A DNA stretch of 63,008 bases, counting the filler, from Choristocarpus tenellus KU-1152 (lineage: Eukaryota; Protista; Phaeophyceae): the NCBI GenBank assembly GCA_964200185.2. It is 13 parts of 13 records of this genome, joined end to end, with 100 filler letters (N's around TTAATTAATTAA, not from the genome) between each part and the next. Parts side by side here need not be neighbours in the genome. Positions count along the whole stretch, not along the records: positions 2,892 to 14,784 come from CAXNAD020002076.1; positions 14,885 to 21,202 come from CAXNAD020008402.1; positions 21,303 to 24,220 come from CAXNAD020023666.1; positions 24,321 to 27,971 come from CAXNAD020018733.1; 9 more parts are not named here. One strand, given 5' to 3'. Shown here in pieces: positions 12,353 to 24,593 of the stretch. A program made the position numbers and the translations under genes. The notes below the pieces were generated by a model. The model worked only from the letters and a program-made list of their open reading frames with translations, ran no database searches and had not been told where the DNA came from. Numbering within the stretch: the first letter of the stretch is position 1; every line of letters begins with the position of its first letter.

Positions 12353-13760
12353 TATCTTCCCAGTTGATATGCTTGATTTTCAATAGAGGAGAGGGTTGAT
12401 CAATTGTCCCAGTCAACATTGAACAAAATCTCTGAAGGGTAACAGCAGGTCACGTCTTTGCAGTAGTCACAAGTAGTAACTATTAACATGCCTCCATCCT
12501 GAGGAGGGTTTATGAGGGGAGCTGGAAGATTTTGTGGCTAAGATCATAGCATCCTATGTGTGTATCCATTCTATGTAGATTCTGTCATGTAGAGGGAATT
12601 GGACATAAGAACGGAGTCATGTGGGCAGGGCGTATTGGGTGTATTTTCTCCATAATGCTGTCCCAAGCACCAAATATAATCACAAGAAACCTGAAAAGGT
12701 TGGCTGGAGCATTCCATCTCATCCATTAGGATTGATGGGAACTACTTTCTTTTGTGTCAATTGTGACAAACCTTGAAAGTTGGCAACTCTGAACCTGACC
12801 TCCACACCCTCTCACTTCACCTCATGTTGATGGCAATGGCCATGGTTAATCAGGGAGAAGGAGGCAGCAAAGAAGAGGCAGGCAGCCAAGGACAAGAAGG
12901 CCGCTAACAAGGCCAAGCAGGAGGTAGGTGATGTCGTTATAAGGACTTTTGTTAAGGACCTTTCTGGTCATTTTCTTTGAGGAGGGAGGCCATTGTTCTC
13001 GACCTTGTACAGTTTTGCGCTGAACCAAGAGGCAGTACTATTTCCTTCACTTTAAAGAATCTTGTCTGTTCCAAGCAGTCGTTCACTGTAGGTTTATGAT
13101 TTAGTGATGTGAGAGTTCTTGTATGACACCAAAGGAATCAAGTTGGTCTTACGTTCAGGTTCAACCCAGAAAATGGAAAATAGTCAGGAATTTTATCATA
13201 TAGGGACCTACCTGTATTCTTTTCTGAGTCCTCAACGAGTTTGAAGAGTCTTCAAATGTTTTATTTCTTTGGTAACTTTGTACATACAAGTAGTGTGCCT
13301 GCCAATTATTAATTGTAGAGTTGAATGCGATATTGACAACAACTCAAACTAATATCTCATAAGACAGGTTAGTCAGTGTTGTCTGGTGGAAGGAATCCCT
13401 GAGGCCTGATCCTCAAAGGTTTTGAGACCTTGTTCCAAGAAAATTCTTGAAATTGTGTCTTCACCAAAATAGCTCTGTTTTCCTGCATGGAGGCAGGATA
13501 GACTCCTTGTGCCTTATAACACACTAGTGTTTACTCCAGATTTCTTACAAAGACATGGCCATGATGTGGGATTTGGTGTGGGGTTTCAGGCAGCCAAGAA
13601 GGCGGCAAAGGAGGAGGCTGCAGCAGCTGCAGCACGTGCTGAAGCAGAAGCAGAAGCAGCAGCAGCTGCTGCTGCAGCGGCGGCTGTAGCCAAGGAGGAG
13701 GTAACATCCTCAAAGAGCAAGAAAAAAACCAAAAAGGCCAAGGAAGGTGCAAAGCCCAAG
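11183..13760 (+). CDS. Protein with N-terminal hydrophobic anchor and Lys/Ala/Glu-rich helical region (partial, 4 exons)
   Basis: Exons 11183-11269 (VAYELLPLVAFIGVFGGIIALYIMNRDSK), 11857-11939, 12854-12923 and 13590-13760 (AAKKAAKEEAAAAAARAEAEAE..). Phases 0/2/0 are consistent with GT-AG. Start exon and 3' end not found. Confidence 0.72.
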
Positions 13761-14250
13761 GTCAGTGAATGTCGGTCGGATAAGTCAAGCTCCCTCCGAC
13801 TGTGACATTCATGGGGATTATTTCTGTTTTAGATAAATTTTGTTGTCTACCTCGTAGAGTTGGATTTTTTTTTTTGAATTTGTCCATCGGAATGTACCTT
13901 ACCTGTACTGTTTAGGTATGATACTGGTTTTGGTGCAATGTAGTGGTATGCTTGCGCTCCATAGATTTTAATAATCAAGATGAAATACTGTTGAGGTGAC
14001 TTTGGTACTTTGATTAGCGTTTCCACCCCAAGATGACTCCCCGTATGCAATGGTTGTAACGTAAGTGGAATCGATTGTGGGTCATCTGTGCTAAAGTCAT
14101 GCCCGGTCAGTCAACCATGTGGTATGGGGTTTCAATCAGGTTGTATTATATAGGTGTTAGTCTTCTGAGTGGGGCAACAGTCCTATTAAACTTGTATTTG
14201 CTGCTGAGGCTATTTTGAGACAAACAAGAGAGGGTTTATTGGAAGCACAG

Positions 14251-14692
14251 TGTTGAAGAAATTTATCTTCTCAAGACTTGTGTATAAAATGACTCGATGA
14301 ATTCCTTATTGTGTGGATCAGGTTGTACATGAAGTAAGGAAGGAGAAAGGAAGGAGTGAGCCTCAAAGCTCAAAGGGGGGAGTCCTTTTCACATTACCGT
14401 TCATATTCTATTATCGCATCAACTCATTCTGTGTCACTCGCTACAACCATCCCTTTCTAGTAATTCTTCTTGTTGTACCACAATAACCTGGATAAATATT
14501 CTCATAATTACTCAACAGAAAACGTTCCTATCAATTATCCCGTTATCGAAACATAGTCCAACAACTGATTTTTTGTCATACAAAATCTTCTTTTGCACAT
14601 GAATAAGAACCTTGTCCTTTACGCACTCCCCTGCTTTGAACTTCAAGTGAAATATGTAACACCTCAAAACATTGTTGGACATAACTTCAACC
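14251..14692 (+). mobile_element. Solo LTR (family L1)
   Basis: Starts TGTTGAAG and ends CTTCAAC(C). Shares GGAGTGAGC..CAAAGGGGG and CATGAATAA..CTGCTTTGAACTTCAAGTGAAA blocks with 21350-21673. Confidence 0.6.
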
Positions 14693-15028
14693 AGAAATCA
14701 ATTCCACTTCTCCAACAGGTTCCTCCCACCAACGCACCGCCGTTACTTCCCATCCGTCATTCAAGTGGATGTTTGTGAAGTTGGNNNNNNNNNNNNNNNN
14801 NNNNNNNNNNNNNNNNNNNNNNNNNNNNTTAATTAATTAANNNNNNNNNNNNNNNNNNNNNNNNNNNNNNNNNNNNNNNNNNNNAAAAATGGGGGGGGGG
14901 GGGGGGGGGAGGCAGTCAGGAAATCCAGGAAACCAGTCAAGGGATGGATGGACCCAAAGAAAAAATAAAGGGGAAAAAATAAAGAGATAGATTGCCCCCC
15001 CCCCCTCATGTTCCCATCCTGCCCTCAC

Positions 15029-16779
15029 CGAGGCCCGCTCCTGAATAATATTGCCAGTGTAGAACACATCCCGACGTACACGAGTGTCTGATGTAACCAG
15101 CGCCCCAGCCCGGGTGGTGGGCACGTTGAGAAAGTGCATTGCCTCTGAGCATAGGAACTCCCTGATGGATGAGCGCAAGACCTTTCTCAGAGAGTGAGAG
15201 TGTGGGAGGCAAGAATACCATGCAACATAGGCATTGCAAGTAAAAAAAGAATAAGTTATGATGATGAGTACAACAGCATACTGAAGTATGTAATGTGGTA
15301 TTAATATCAGTGCACTGCCGCCAGTTAGCTCAGTTTGGTGCACAAAGAGCAGGAAGTATCTAATGAGCATCTGATCTTCTCCTTTCAGGAGAGCAGTGTT
15401 GTTCCTTTGTTTGATATAAAGCATACTGCATGCAGATACTTGAGGGAAACATGAAACACACACCTATAGGCTGTTACAGGGTGCTATACATCCAATCAAA
15501 ATTCAAGGAGAGTGTGAAGTTGAAGCACACGGTATGGCATACTTCTTTTGGCCGTACGGACCACGCAATAGTGACTTGGGAGGGACACGCGTACGTGGTT
15601 ACTCTTGAGTTACGTTCACTGAGAGCTATTAACCGATGTGTTCCTGGTTGTCAGTGATATCCTTAACTAATTGCATTGGTTGAGCAACATGTTCCCTACT
15701 TTATCGGATATTCTCAACTAATGTCACTCGCCAACAACAATTGCCGGACAAACCTTTTACCAGGTTGTCCTATAAATGGGAGTGCTGTTCAATGAAGTCT
15801 AACTTCTTGTGTACCACCCAACCCCATCCCTTTCTCCATGTGTGACTTCAGGTGCGTTATACTCTCACTTTAACAAGGCACTGCCGCGAACAAGAGAATA
15901 TCGGGCTTCGCCTACCTTTCGGCCGTCCGCTGTCCTGCTGTAGGGGGTGAGCCCAGACCCTTTGAACTGCATCTCCCACCCGCCCCCGCTGTCATTCTCC
16001 ACCTCACCAAGGTACATTGCCGCCCCATCCCCGAGCTGGCCTGCAAAAGAACCGAACTGGTGGCCACAATAGCAATGTGCGTGCGGTTCTGCCCCTGGGA
16101 AAAGCTTGTTTCCTGCATTGCGCGTGCCAGTGAGATGGCAGGGTGGATCGCTTGATTGCGGCTGCGCATTGCGTGTGTCAACCGAACCGCTATCAACATG
16201 GTACTCGAGTTCAGTGACTGCAAAGGGTGCGACACGTAGCACGGTCGTGATAAGACAAGCACTCGCCACTACCAAAGCAAATCACGTAGTCTTGCGTACA
16301 GTACATCAACCTCAGATTTGATGCGTACCAACGATGAACTTCACACAAGAGTCAAGGGTCAGCCCCTCGTGCTCACCGCTCAAGTACTTGGCAGCATCTT
16401 CTCTCTCAGCTTCTTCGGGATCCAGTCCAAGGAGCCCGAGCGCAGAGGATGATGCGGCGACTAGAACTGGGTTGTTGACAGGGTCTGGCTCGACTCTTGA
16501 GAAGCACGAATTAGGTACTGTGCGAACAAAGTTCATCTCTTCTGGGTCGACCGGGAGCTCTCTTATCACCACATTATTGAATTTAAGGTTCTCAAATGTA
16601 GCCCTCCTGTCTTTCTTCGAATGGGGAAGGGGGACGTCTTGGGAGGAGGTGGATGCTGCTTCAGTAAGAGACATTGTTGCACGGTGACGCCCACGAGTGT
16701 GAAGAAGAGAACTCCCCGGTGACTTGAAGATTACTTTGGGAAGGCGAGCGATCAAAGTCTCGCTGGCAACAGCCAGCAT
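15029..16779 (-). CDS. SELENOO: Protein adenylyltransferase SelO / YdiU (UPF0061), exons 1-3 (3' part off contig)
   Basis: Exons 16779-16377, 16112-15916 and 15181-15029 with phases 1/0/0. Family motifs: [63 protein letters not shown]. The basic N-terminal extension resembles a mitochondrial presequence; an alternative start is MSLTEAAS. Confidence 0.95.
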
Positions 16780-16990
16780 TGAGATCTTCCCTAGCACCCC
16801 ACCCACCCTTCTAGAGCATAGAAGGATCATATCATATTCACCTTTCACGTTAGTAGGTCGATGGGTTGATCATCAATATGCGGGAGGACTTCACTTTTGT
16901 CATGGTCTGTAGCACTACAGAGTTCGCCCAGAGAGTTAGTTGATACACTAACTTTTCACACACCTTAAGACATTTCTCTCAATCGACGAC

Positions 16991-19900
16991 ATGCCGCGCA
17001 AAAAGACAGGGGTTGTTGGTGTGCACGAGGACGAGTGTCTACGATTCATAAATGCTGTTGCCAAGGGCGAGATCTCCCCAGATGCCGATCAGATCAGATG
17101 TCTTATGAACGGTAGGGTTGAAGAAGAGGTCATGGATCTTGTTTTGGCTTCGAGTGAAACTCCGACAGACGCTGTGGCAGCTCTATCCAACCTACTTAGA
17201 TCAGCAGAGGAGCCAGCAAGGATGGAGGGAAAGAAAGGTTCCACGAAGGAAAATGTAAAGGAATGGAACACAAGGGAGAGAATGACCATGCAGGCCATGG
17301 AAGCCGAGAGGGTGGTGTCTCATGTCACCCCTCTTCCAGCAACACCTTGTCCTCGACGTGGAGGAGGCTGCTTGGAAAATACCGAACTGGAAACAGTGGT
17401 GACTGCAGATACAGATAGTGCAACAGATGGTCACGAGACAGTGATGGACTTCGTCCGCAATTACGCGGCAACAGGTTGAGGGAATCGTGTTTTGACTAAT
17501 ATTTCTGTGTCAAATTTAATATGGTTTTCTACCTGTATGCCTCCCACCTAATCCAAATCTGTAGTCAAAGGATCACTTACACTTTCCAGTGTAGAGCTAA
17601 ATTCTTTTTTGTTGCCAAGTAATCTGTTGGAGACTTGTTTCTTTGCCAAACACCACTGAGAGAAAGAGCAAGGATTCTGTTTGGTCTGGACTCTGTATCA
17701 TCTCTTCGTTTTCACCATGCACTGTTAACAGTACTCCCGTCTATAGGTGATTGTTAAATTGAGTCTGGTGGAGCACAAACTGCCAAGCAAGTGTTTAACT
17801 GGAGCAATGTCTCCATATTGAAGTATGCCTTACTCCCCTCTGTAAAATATGCTCTACCCGTCCTAAGAAGGGGTACACCCTTGGGACTAACAACGAGAAT
17901 GAGGCCCGTTTTGAAGGGTGCGATGGCCCGTTGTTGCAGTATCAATGATTTTCAATCACCTCTGTTTGGACTGTACAATGCCAAAGCCTCTTTGGAGGTG
18001 GGAATGCCATCTTGCGAATAGCGGACCTCCGTCAACGACTGCTGAAACCCTCGTCCTGATTCGTACTTTTCCTGTGTCCGTCGCCTGACCTTGTTGGTAC
18101 ACTCATTACTGTAGGCACTGTCCTCCCCAAATCCCACATAAATGAGAATGCTAAAAGCCTGTCATTGCCAATACATTACTGTTATCCTCACTTCTTAGAG
18201 GTCTCCTGCAACTACAATACCCACTATCGATTACGCTCTCTCAATAAGCTTAAGACCACCTTTTAATCCTGTACTGAAGTGCCTTTTCTGCTCTATTTTT
18301 AAGGAAACCTCCCTTATCTGAATGCCTCTTCGATGTGCATACCACTGTGCAATGCAATGGAAGAACAGTTGGTGCAGCTGAGCAGAACTCTAGACCAGAG
18401 TTTGAGCCGCCCTCGAACCTCCCTCCAGGCACTACTGTGGTGAGTGCCACGCCCCTGCAGCTGGAAAGACTACGCTCTGCCTTACTGCACCCCTATATTT
18501 CTCTTGTGGAGATTCCTTCATTACTGTATAGGAGCCGTCTTTGATGCTTTTTGCAACTTGATGTGTTACCAAAACGCCGAAATGTCCCCTTTCCCAAATC
18601 TGTTTACCAAATCTGTTTACCCCTGTCTTTCCCATTTCACTCACCCGTCAGCCTAGAGATAAAAGGGTCCACACAGCCATATCATTGACTGCAGAGAAAA
18701 CCATTGAAGTGCATGGCTTTGAGAGCTTCTTGAAGGTGCGCAGCTGCTACGGTTGATTAACTTACCTTGTCCTGCTCCTTTGTTGTCAGTAGTCTCTCAG
18801 GCAGCAGAAACAAACAAATGCGCACAAATGCACTCCGCAATTTTGAAACAGTTTATGGAGTGTACACAAAATCTTTACCTTTGTTGTGACCTGGACTCCC
18901 ACATCTCTGTTGGAACCAGGTCAAGACCAAAGGCGATCCCTTGTTTCGATTTCTTGATTCAACACACAACATGCACAGGTATGTGAGGATGGGCTGTGTG
19001 GTCCTCCAGATAAGGTCCAAACGGGTGCAGAATCTTGGGGGATTTTTTCAAGGTTGGAGATGTGTTTGCTGCGGCAGAAAGATCAGCTATTTATGTGCAG
19101 GCGTTTTAGGGTGAGGGGCGAGGCTCATTTTTGTGAGAAGACATTAATATACTTGAAAATCTATTGTAATGGCTGATTTGGCTCTCGTCAAGCGACGCTT
19201 ATAGACGAGAGGAAACGTCCAACATGTGTTTTGGCATGGAGCACCTTCAACCTTTCATCGGCAGATTTTGGTGGGCAAGCGATGTTCGCAATAAGGAGCA
19301 AAAATGAGATCAATCACAACATCACTTACATAGTACATGAATTCCTCCCGTGTCGCAATATGCTGTGAATGAGAAGCTAGTTTCATTTTTCATTCATCGC
19401 GATCACTGAACATGTGGTTGCAGAAGAGGCATTAGTGTAGAAAGTACGGCCTTAATCGGACACTATCAGTGCTTTCGTTGTCCTTTGTCTGTATATCTCC
19501 CTTTGGCACCTACTTGCCAAAGGTATTACCTCTTTCTCAAGGACCGAGTGCACAAGGCTTCCATCCAGAGGCGTGGTGGCAGTGGCATAATCAGTCCATC
19601 ACCAAGCACTCCACTAGAGCTGGACCAAGGTGGGCATTGGGCTGCTTGAAAGAGAACATCCTGTAATATGCTGGGACGTTTCAGTGTTGATATTATGATA
19701 TGATACACGAAGTAGTCTTTCGACCTTTACTCGGTGATTCCAACGTTTAGGCTGACACATGTTTGAGCTGGAGTCGTCCTCAATAGTAGTGAGGAGTTGG
19801 TAGTTTCATGTGAGGGGATGGAGATATATTCTCAAAGGAATACTAATAGATGTATTTATTATTCCAAAGACCTATTTGAATGGGTGTATCTATTTTTCAA

Positions 19901-21068
19901 AGCAAGGAAGTATATTGCCTATTCCAAACTACAACATACAAAGTACATCAATGGCGTCACACTGTTGTAGAAGAGTTTCTGTCGGTGTGGTTGAGGCCAT
20001 TGCCTTTTTTACCTCAGTCGATGTTTTTCTGATGCAAGAGTACATCCACAAATGCGATTGATGTACCGTTGTCATAGAATGACAAGAGAGACGACTTGTT
20101 CAATGCCCTGCTTCGCTTGAAGCTATGGATTGTGATCCCCCAATCCCCCCCATCTCACACGTGTTGGAGATAAAACAAACCTGTATTCTGTGGGTAAAAC
20201 AACGTTCCAGGGGCCATGGGCTCTCCATGGCCTCCTTGCAGCCCTGTCAATGGAACTTTCAAGCTGTTTAGTATCCCAGCCCTTCTTACACAACACATTG
20301 CATGTGCTCACTGCAGATACCCAAGATATCATGACCCTGCTCAACGGCGGGACCATTTGATCCTCTTCCATAAGCAGTCAAATTGCACTGCCATTACCTT
20401 CTTGGAGAAAGTGTATTGGCAGTACCCAAGCACACAAAAGAATCTTGTTACTTGTAATTGTGACTATTGTAGGGCACAGTCAATGATGCGCTGTGGTGTT
20501 GTTTGTGTAGGCCTTTTACTTGCATGGTCTGTTTGGTTTGTGCTTGTGGAGACCCTGACATTGGATATATATGCCGCTGAAAGAATACCTTCTTTTGTAT
20601 GTAAGTGTGCAGACATGTTTCAGGGGGAGGAAACAAACGTGTCATGTACCAGGAGTGTGAACAACCCCTAGAAGAGTTCTATTACACTATGTATGGGAAT
20701 AGCCTTCCACTAATTGGCAATCTCTCTGCAGCTTAGCATGCTTGTTCCGGTTTGTTATGGGTTTACCTAGGAAAGATAATGCTTTTGTGCTCCCTGCAGA
20801 TGTGCCTGAGTCGGTGACACTTTGGCAAATCCCCACTGACTGGTGGGATTTTGGTCCATTTACCGTTAAAAGCGAGGATACTCCCCCGATACACCGAAAA
20901 CCGATAAACATACTATCTCCTAGAAAAATGTTGTCCTTAGTGGCTCAGCAAGCTTGGATGTGATGGCCAGGTGAATCTGTGAGGTGACCTGATGCAAGTC
21001 CACAACTCTATGACTGATGGGTCACCACAGAGGAAGAGATCAAATATGCTAGCATTTGTGTTTTGCAA
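16991..21068 (+). pseudogene. Orphan multi-exon gene divergent from SelO; clean exon 1, later exons disrupted
   Basis: Exon 1 is 16991-17474 (161 codons, ACAG|gttgag). Later AG/GT-bounded blocks lie at about 18304-18439, 18801-18978, 19542-19629, 20078-20470 and 20800-21068. Their most protein-like frames contain in-frame TGA stops or frameshifts. Confidence 0.5.
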
Positions 21069-21302
21069 GTACAGTCCATATTCCGTGTCAGGCACAGCAT
21101 GTCCACACTAAGGATTGGATAACATTATGGGATAGATGCACAGGGGTGGGTGTGGGAATCCCCCTTGTATGTGTGTGGCAGTATTTGCATGGTGTGTATA
21201 TGNNNNNNNNNNNNNNNNNNNNNNNNNNNNNNNNNNNNNNNNNNNNTTAATTAATTAANNNNNNNNNNNNNNNNNNNNNNNNNNNNNNNNNNNNNNNNNN
21301 NN

Positions 21303-21345
21303 CCCAAATGGACAGCCGCCACCCCCCCCCCAGATACTTTGGGTC
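21303..21345 (-). mobile_element. MITE family A end at contig start
   Basis: CCCAAATGGACAGCCGCCACCCCC..AGATACTTTGGGTC is the reverse complement of the family A left end. Confidence 0.8.
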
Positions 21346-21349
21346 TAAA

Positions 21350-21673
21350 GAAGGTGAAAGGAGGAGTGAGCATCCAAGCCCAAAGGGGGGGGGGTCCTTG
21401 CCACCAAAAATCATTGCTATTCTATGGATTAGTGATCAACAATAACATATTACTTCCTATAATGCTTCCTATTCCTGAGCTCTTCCATATCCTAGCTCAT
21501 AAACCGAAATACATCTTCTATTTTTCAGAACACAAACATTTTCTCTTCGTCCTTAGATTGTTTCTTGCAGAATCGTCTAAACATGAATAAAAGGCATATT
21601 CTGGACACACTCCTCTGCTTTGAACTTCAAGTGAAAAACAAAACCTCAGTCGCTCTTGGGCATATCTTCAACA
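21350..21673 (+). mobile_element. 5'-truncated LTR (family L1)
   Basis: Homologous to 14251-14692, contains AATAAA and ends CTTCAACA. Confidence 0.55.
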
Positions 21674-21815
21674 CAAAAGTAATCAGTCCTGCTTCAATCT
21701 ACGCATGATAACACTGGAATACCTATTGAATGATTTCTTAGATGAACCCTTTGAAAAAAGATCAGCATATTGGACCTCCGTAAGCAAATATCCAATATCT
21801 ATCTTTCCTTCTCTC

Positions 21816-23850
21816 TCAAACTGACGAATATAGTGATAACCTTATATCGATGTGTTTTGTTCTACCACCAGATACTGCCTTTTGATCAATCTTTATTGCA
21901 CCATCATTATCCTCAAACAGTGATACGGAGTAATCCTTACAAAGTGGTTGCATGAACATATGCACCCGTTTGAGGAACAGGACCTCTTTCCCCAACTCAC
22001 GCAGTGGAACATACTCAGCCTCAGCAGTAGACAGTGTAACCTTTTTCTGCTTCCTAGACCGCCGGTCAATACATCCTCCCCCAAAAAACACAACACCACC
22101 AGAAATAAACAGTCTACTCTCCTTGCAGTTTGCATAATCAGCATCAGTATAACCAATTGATAGATCCCTTGGTCCATTCCCATACAATCCAAAATCTCCA
22201 AAGGTAATGCCATGATCTCTAGGGCCTAACAGATACCCACTTACTCTCTCGTTATTTAACAAATCAGACCAACTTGGATTCTCCATACAAGATGCCAACA
22301 CTAACTGCAAAAGACCCATCTGGCCTAGTCATAATAGCAGCCCATATATATCACCAATCATTGAGCTGTAGCCGTCTGGAACAGGCCCCTCCTACTCCAC
22401 TCTCTTTGTGATGGACGGTAGGCCATAAGTCCTATCAATACCATGTCTTTCAGTCAGCTCTCCGATGTACAAGCTCTGGTCCATCACAAGTTTCCTAGTT
22501 TTCCTGTTCCTCCTGATCCTGCATCCCATGAATTTGGTCACCTCACCCAAATTCACCACCAGGAACTTCTTATTAAGTCCACACCATAGCCAACCCCTTG
22601 TTCCTCTGCCATCATCAGCATGTCATCAAGGTGAACAATCATGATCACCACAGCCCCACCATCCACAATCAATCTGAGCAAACATGGATCTGCCTCAGAT
22701 TGTTCCAATCCCAGCTCCAGTAAAGCTTCCACCACCAGAAATTCCAGTTCCGAGATGCCTGGACTATCCCATAGAGGGACCTCTTTAGTAATCCCACTGC
22801 TCCATCAAACTTCGCCTTCCCTTCTGGTAGTTCCACATTGTTGAGTCGTCTTTTGATATTCAAATTTGAATTACTGGCTCAGATTCATTACTTTTGCATT
22901 GTCATTGTTCACATCTTCCACCTCATAATCCTCCTGCAATATCTCCTTAGCTACTCCCCCTCCACAGCATTCATTGGTCTCATTAGTTTATCCGTATCTT
23001 TCACATCGTCCAGAACACTTGTTTGGTCGAAGAAGTCTCCCTTCAATATCTTCCTCACTGTCTTGGTGAATTTTGTCATCTCCCCCTAGGCATAGGTAAC
23101 CAGCTTCCTATAGTCTGCTCGTTTCCATCCACCCTTGTTCTGATCCCAATTAGGTTCATCATACCATCCCAGCCTTATCTGGTCTCGCACTTGAGCAATC
23201 ATTCTCCCCTTTGCGACTCCCTCCTTAAGGGCCCCCCAATATCCAACCTGGAACCTGCGAACACATGCTTTCCTCTCCTGAAAGAGGTAGGATTTTGATT
23301 CAGCCCCTTCTCTGCACATAGCCCAAGCGCTTCAAAACGGTATCCAACCCCCACAATGAAAGTTCCACCTCAAACTTTGCTTAGGTCGCCAATCCCAATG
23401 AAATATCACACTTCCCAATGAGTGCTGTTTAAAAATGACGAGTTTCATATTGTCGAGCTGCGGTTTAGGGAGCTTGCACCTCTTATCAGAGTCCACTTGA
23501 GAAACCCCCCTCCTAGCCCTAGAGGTGCAGAAGATCTCCCCCATTTCCTTCCAATTTTTTTTTGGATAAAAAACTTTTTGTTCCACTCCTGGTGCCAGGG
23601 GGGCACCCTCCACCGCCTAAGTTTGACCCAGATGCAGATAACGAACTGGTAGTACAGGATCAGCAGTACACGTACCTGTTCCTTGGAGCACCTCCCCGTT
23701 GACCAACTTGAGGTTCTGGCAACATTCCGTCTGGCAGCATTCAAGTCCCGCTTCCTTGTTGCTGCAGCTTGCGAACCCTTGCCTAATCTTTGATTGTCCT
23801 CCCTCTCCCCTCATCCGCTAGCACCTCTGCGACCAGCCCTCTTGACCTCT
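21816..23850 (-). mobile_element. Degenerate Ty1/Copia pol (RT + RNase H; probable integrase remnant upstream)
   Basis: RT motifs LKRSLYGIVQASRNW, QSEADPCL and VHLDDML. RNase H motifs YTDADYANCKESR..SG, SRKQKKVTLSTAEAEY, FEDNDGA and RTKHIDIR. Many stops and frameshifts. 23000-23850 is only weakly integrase-like. Confidence 0.9.
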
Positions 23851-24181
23851 TGTCTCTCTTATTCCCCACCCGGAGACTCCTTACTTTGGGTGGGTATTAT
23901 TAACTCGATATTGGGTTGGCTTCTCGAAAATTGCTGAGGACAGGTTTCTGTGTTTAGTCTTCTTCTCTCTGGGAACCAAGTACGATCTTCCCTACTTTCC
24001 TTGTGCAACATACTGAAAAATGTCCACAAATGTTCATCCAGATGCCAACAGTTGAATGCTTAGGGATAGGTTCCAAGTATTACACCGAATTAAAGCTCAA
24101 GTCATAAGCTTTCACTCGATTACATTGTCAGAAGTAAGAAGCATATCTAGAATGAGATAATTGCAATTAGAGGTGACCAAT

Positions 24182-24220
24182 GGCCAAAAGTATCTGAGGG
24201 TGGGGGTGGGAGTATACACC
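24182..24220 (-). mobile_element. MITE family A end at contig end
   Basis: GGCCAAAAGTATCTGAGGG..TATACACC is the reverse complement of the family A right end. Confidence 0.7.
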
Positions 24221-24593
24221 NNNNNNNNNNNNNNNNNNNNNNNNNNNNNNNNNNNNNNNNNNNNTTAATTAATTAANNNNNNNNNNNNNNNNNNNNNNNN
24301 NNNNNNNNNNNNNNNNNNNNTACCATATTGATTGTGTGCCGCTTTTTTCGGGCATACACAGGGGTGAACAAAATCGGGGTAGGTACTGTACTTAAAGTAT
24401 CAGTGAATTTGAAGACCATAGTGCATACTACACATGGCATATTCACCGGTGCAAGCACCTCCTCCTTGCCGCCTCCCTCACCACCAAGCACATCCTCCGC
24501 GAAAAGTGGAAAGGAAGGGTAGAACCTTTTGGAATAGCTGCAGTTTTCTTTGGTATATCATCACATTGTCCAGTTTGAAATCACCTTTAAGAA

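Noticed and set aside
14246-14695. 5-bp TSD CACAG for the L1 solo LTR
   Set aside because: It works only by assuming a 3-bp deletion at the right end and is not directly observed.
15029-16779. Calling this SelO a true selenoprotein
   Set aside because: The C-terminal CxxU/CxxC motif and the 3' UTR are not on the contig.
20961-21017. Multi-selenocysteine protein
   Set aside because: The TGA contexts lack redox motifs, nearby blocks also have frameshifts, no SECIS was identified, and CGA-to-TGA decay fits the local CpG depletion.
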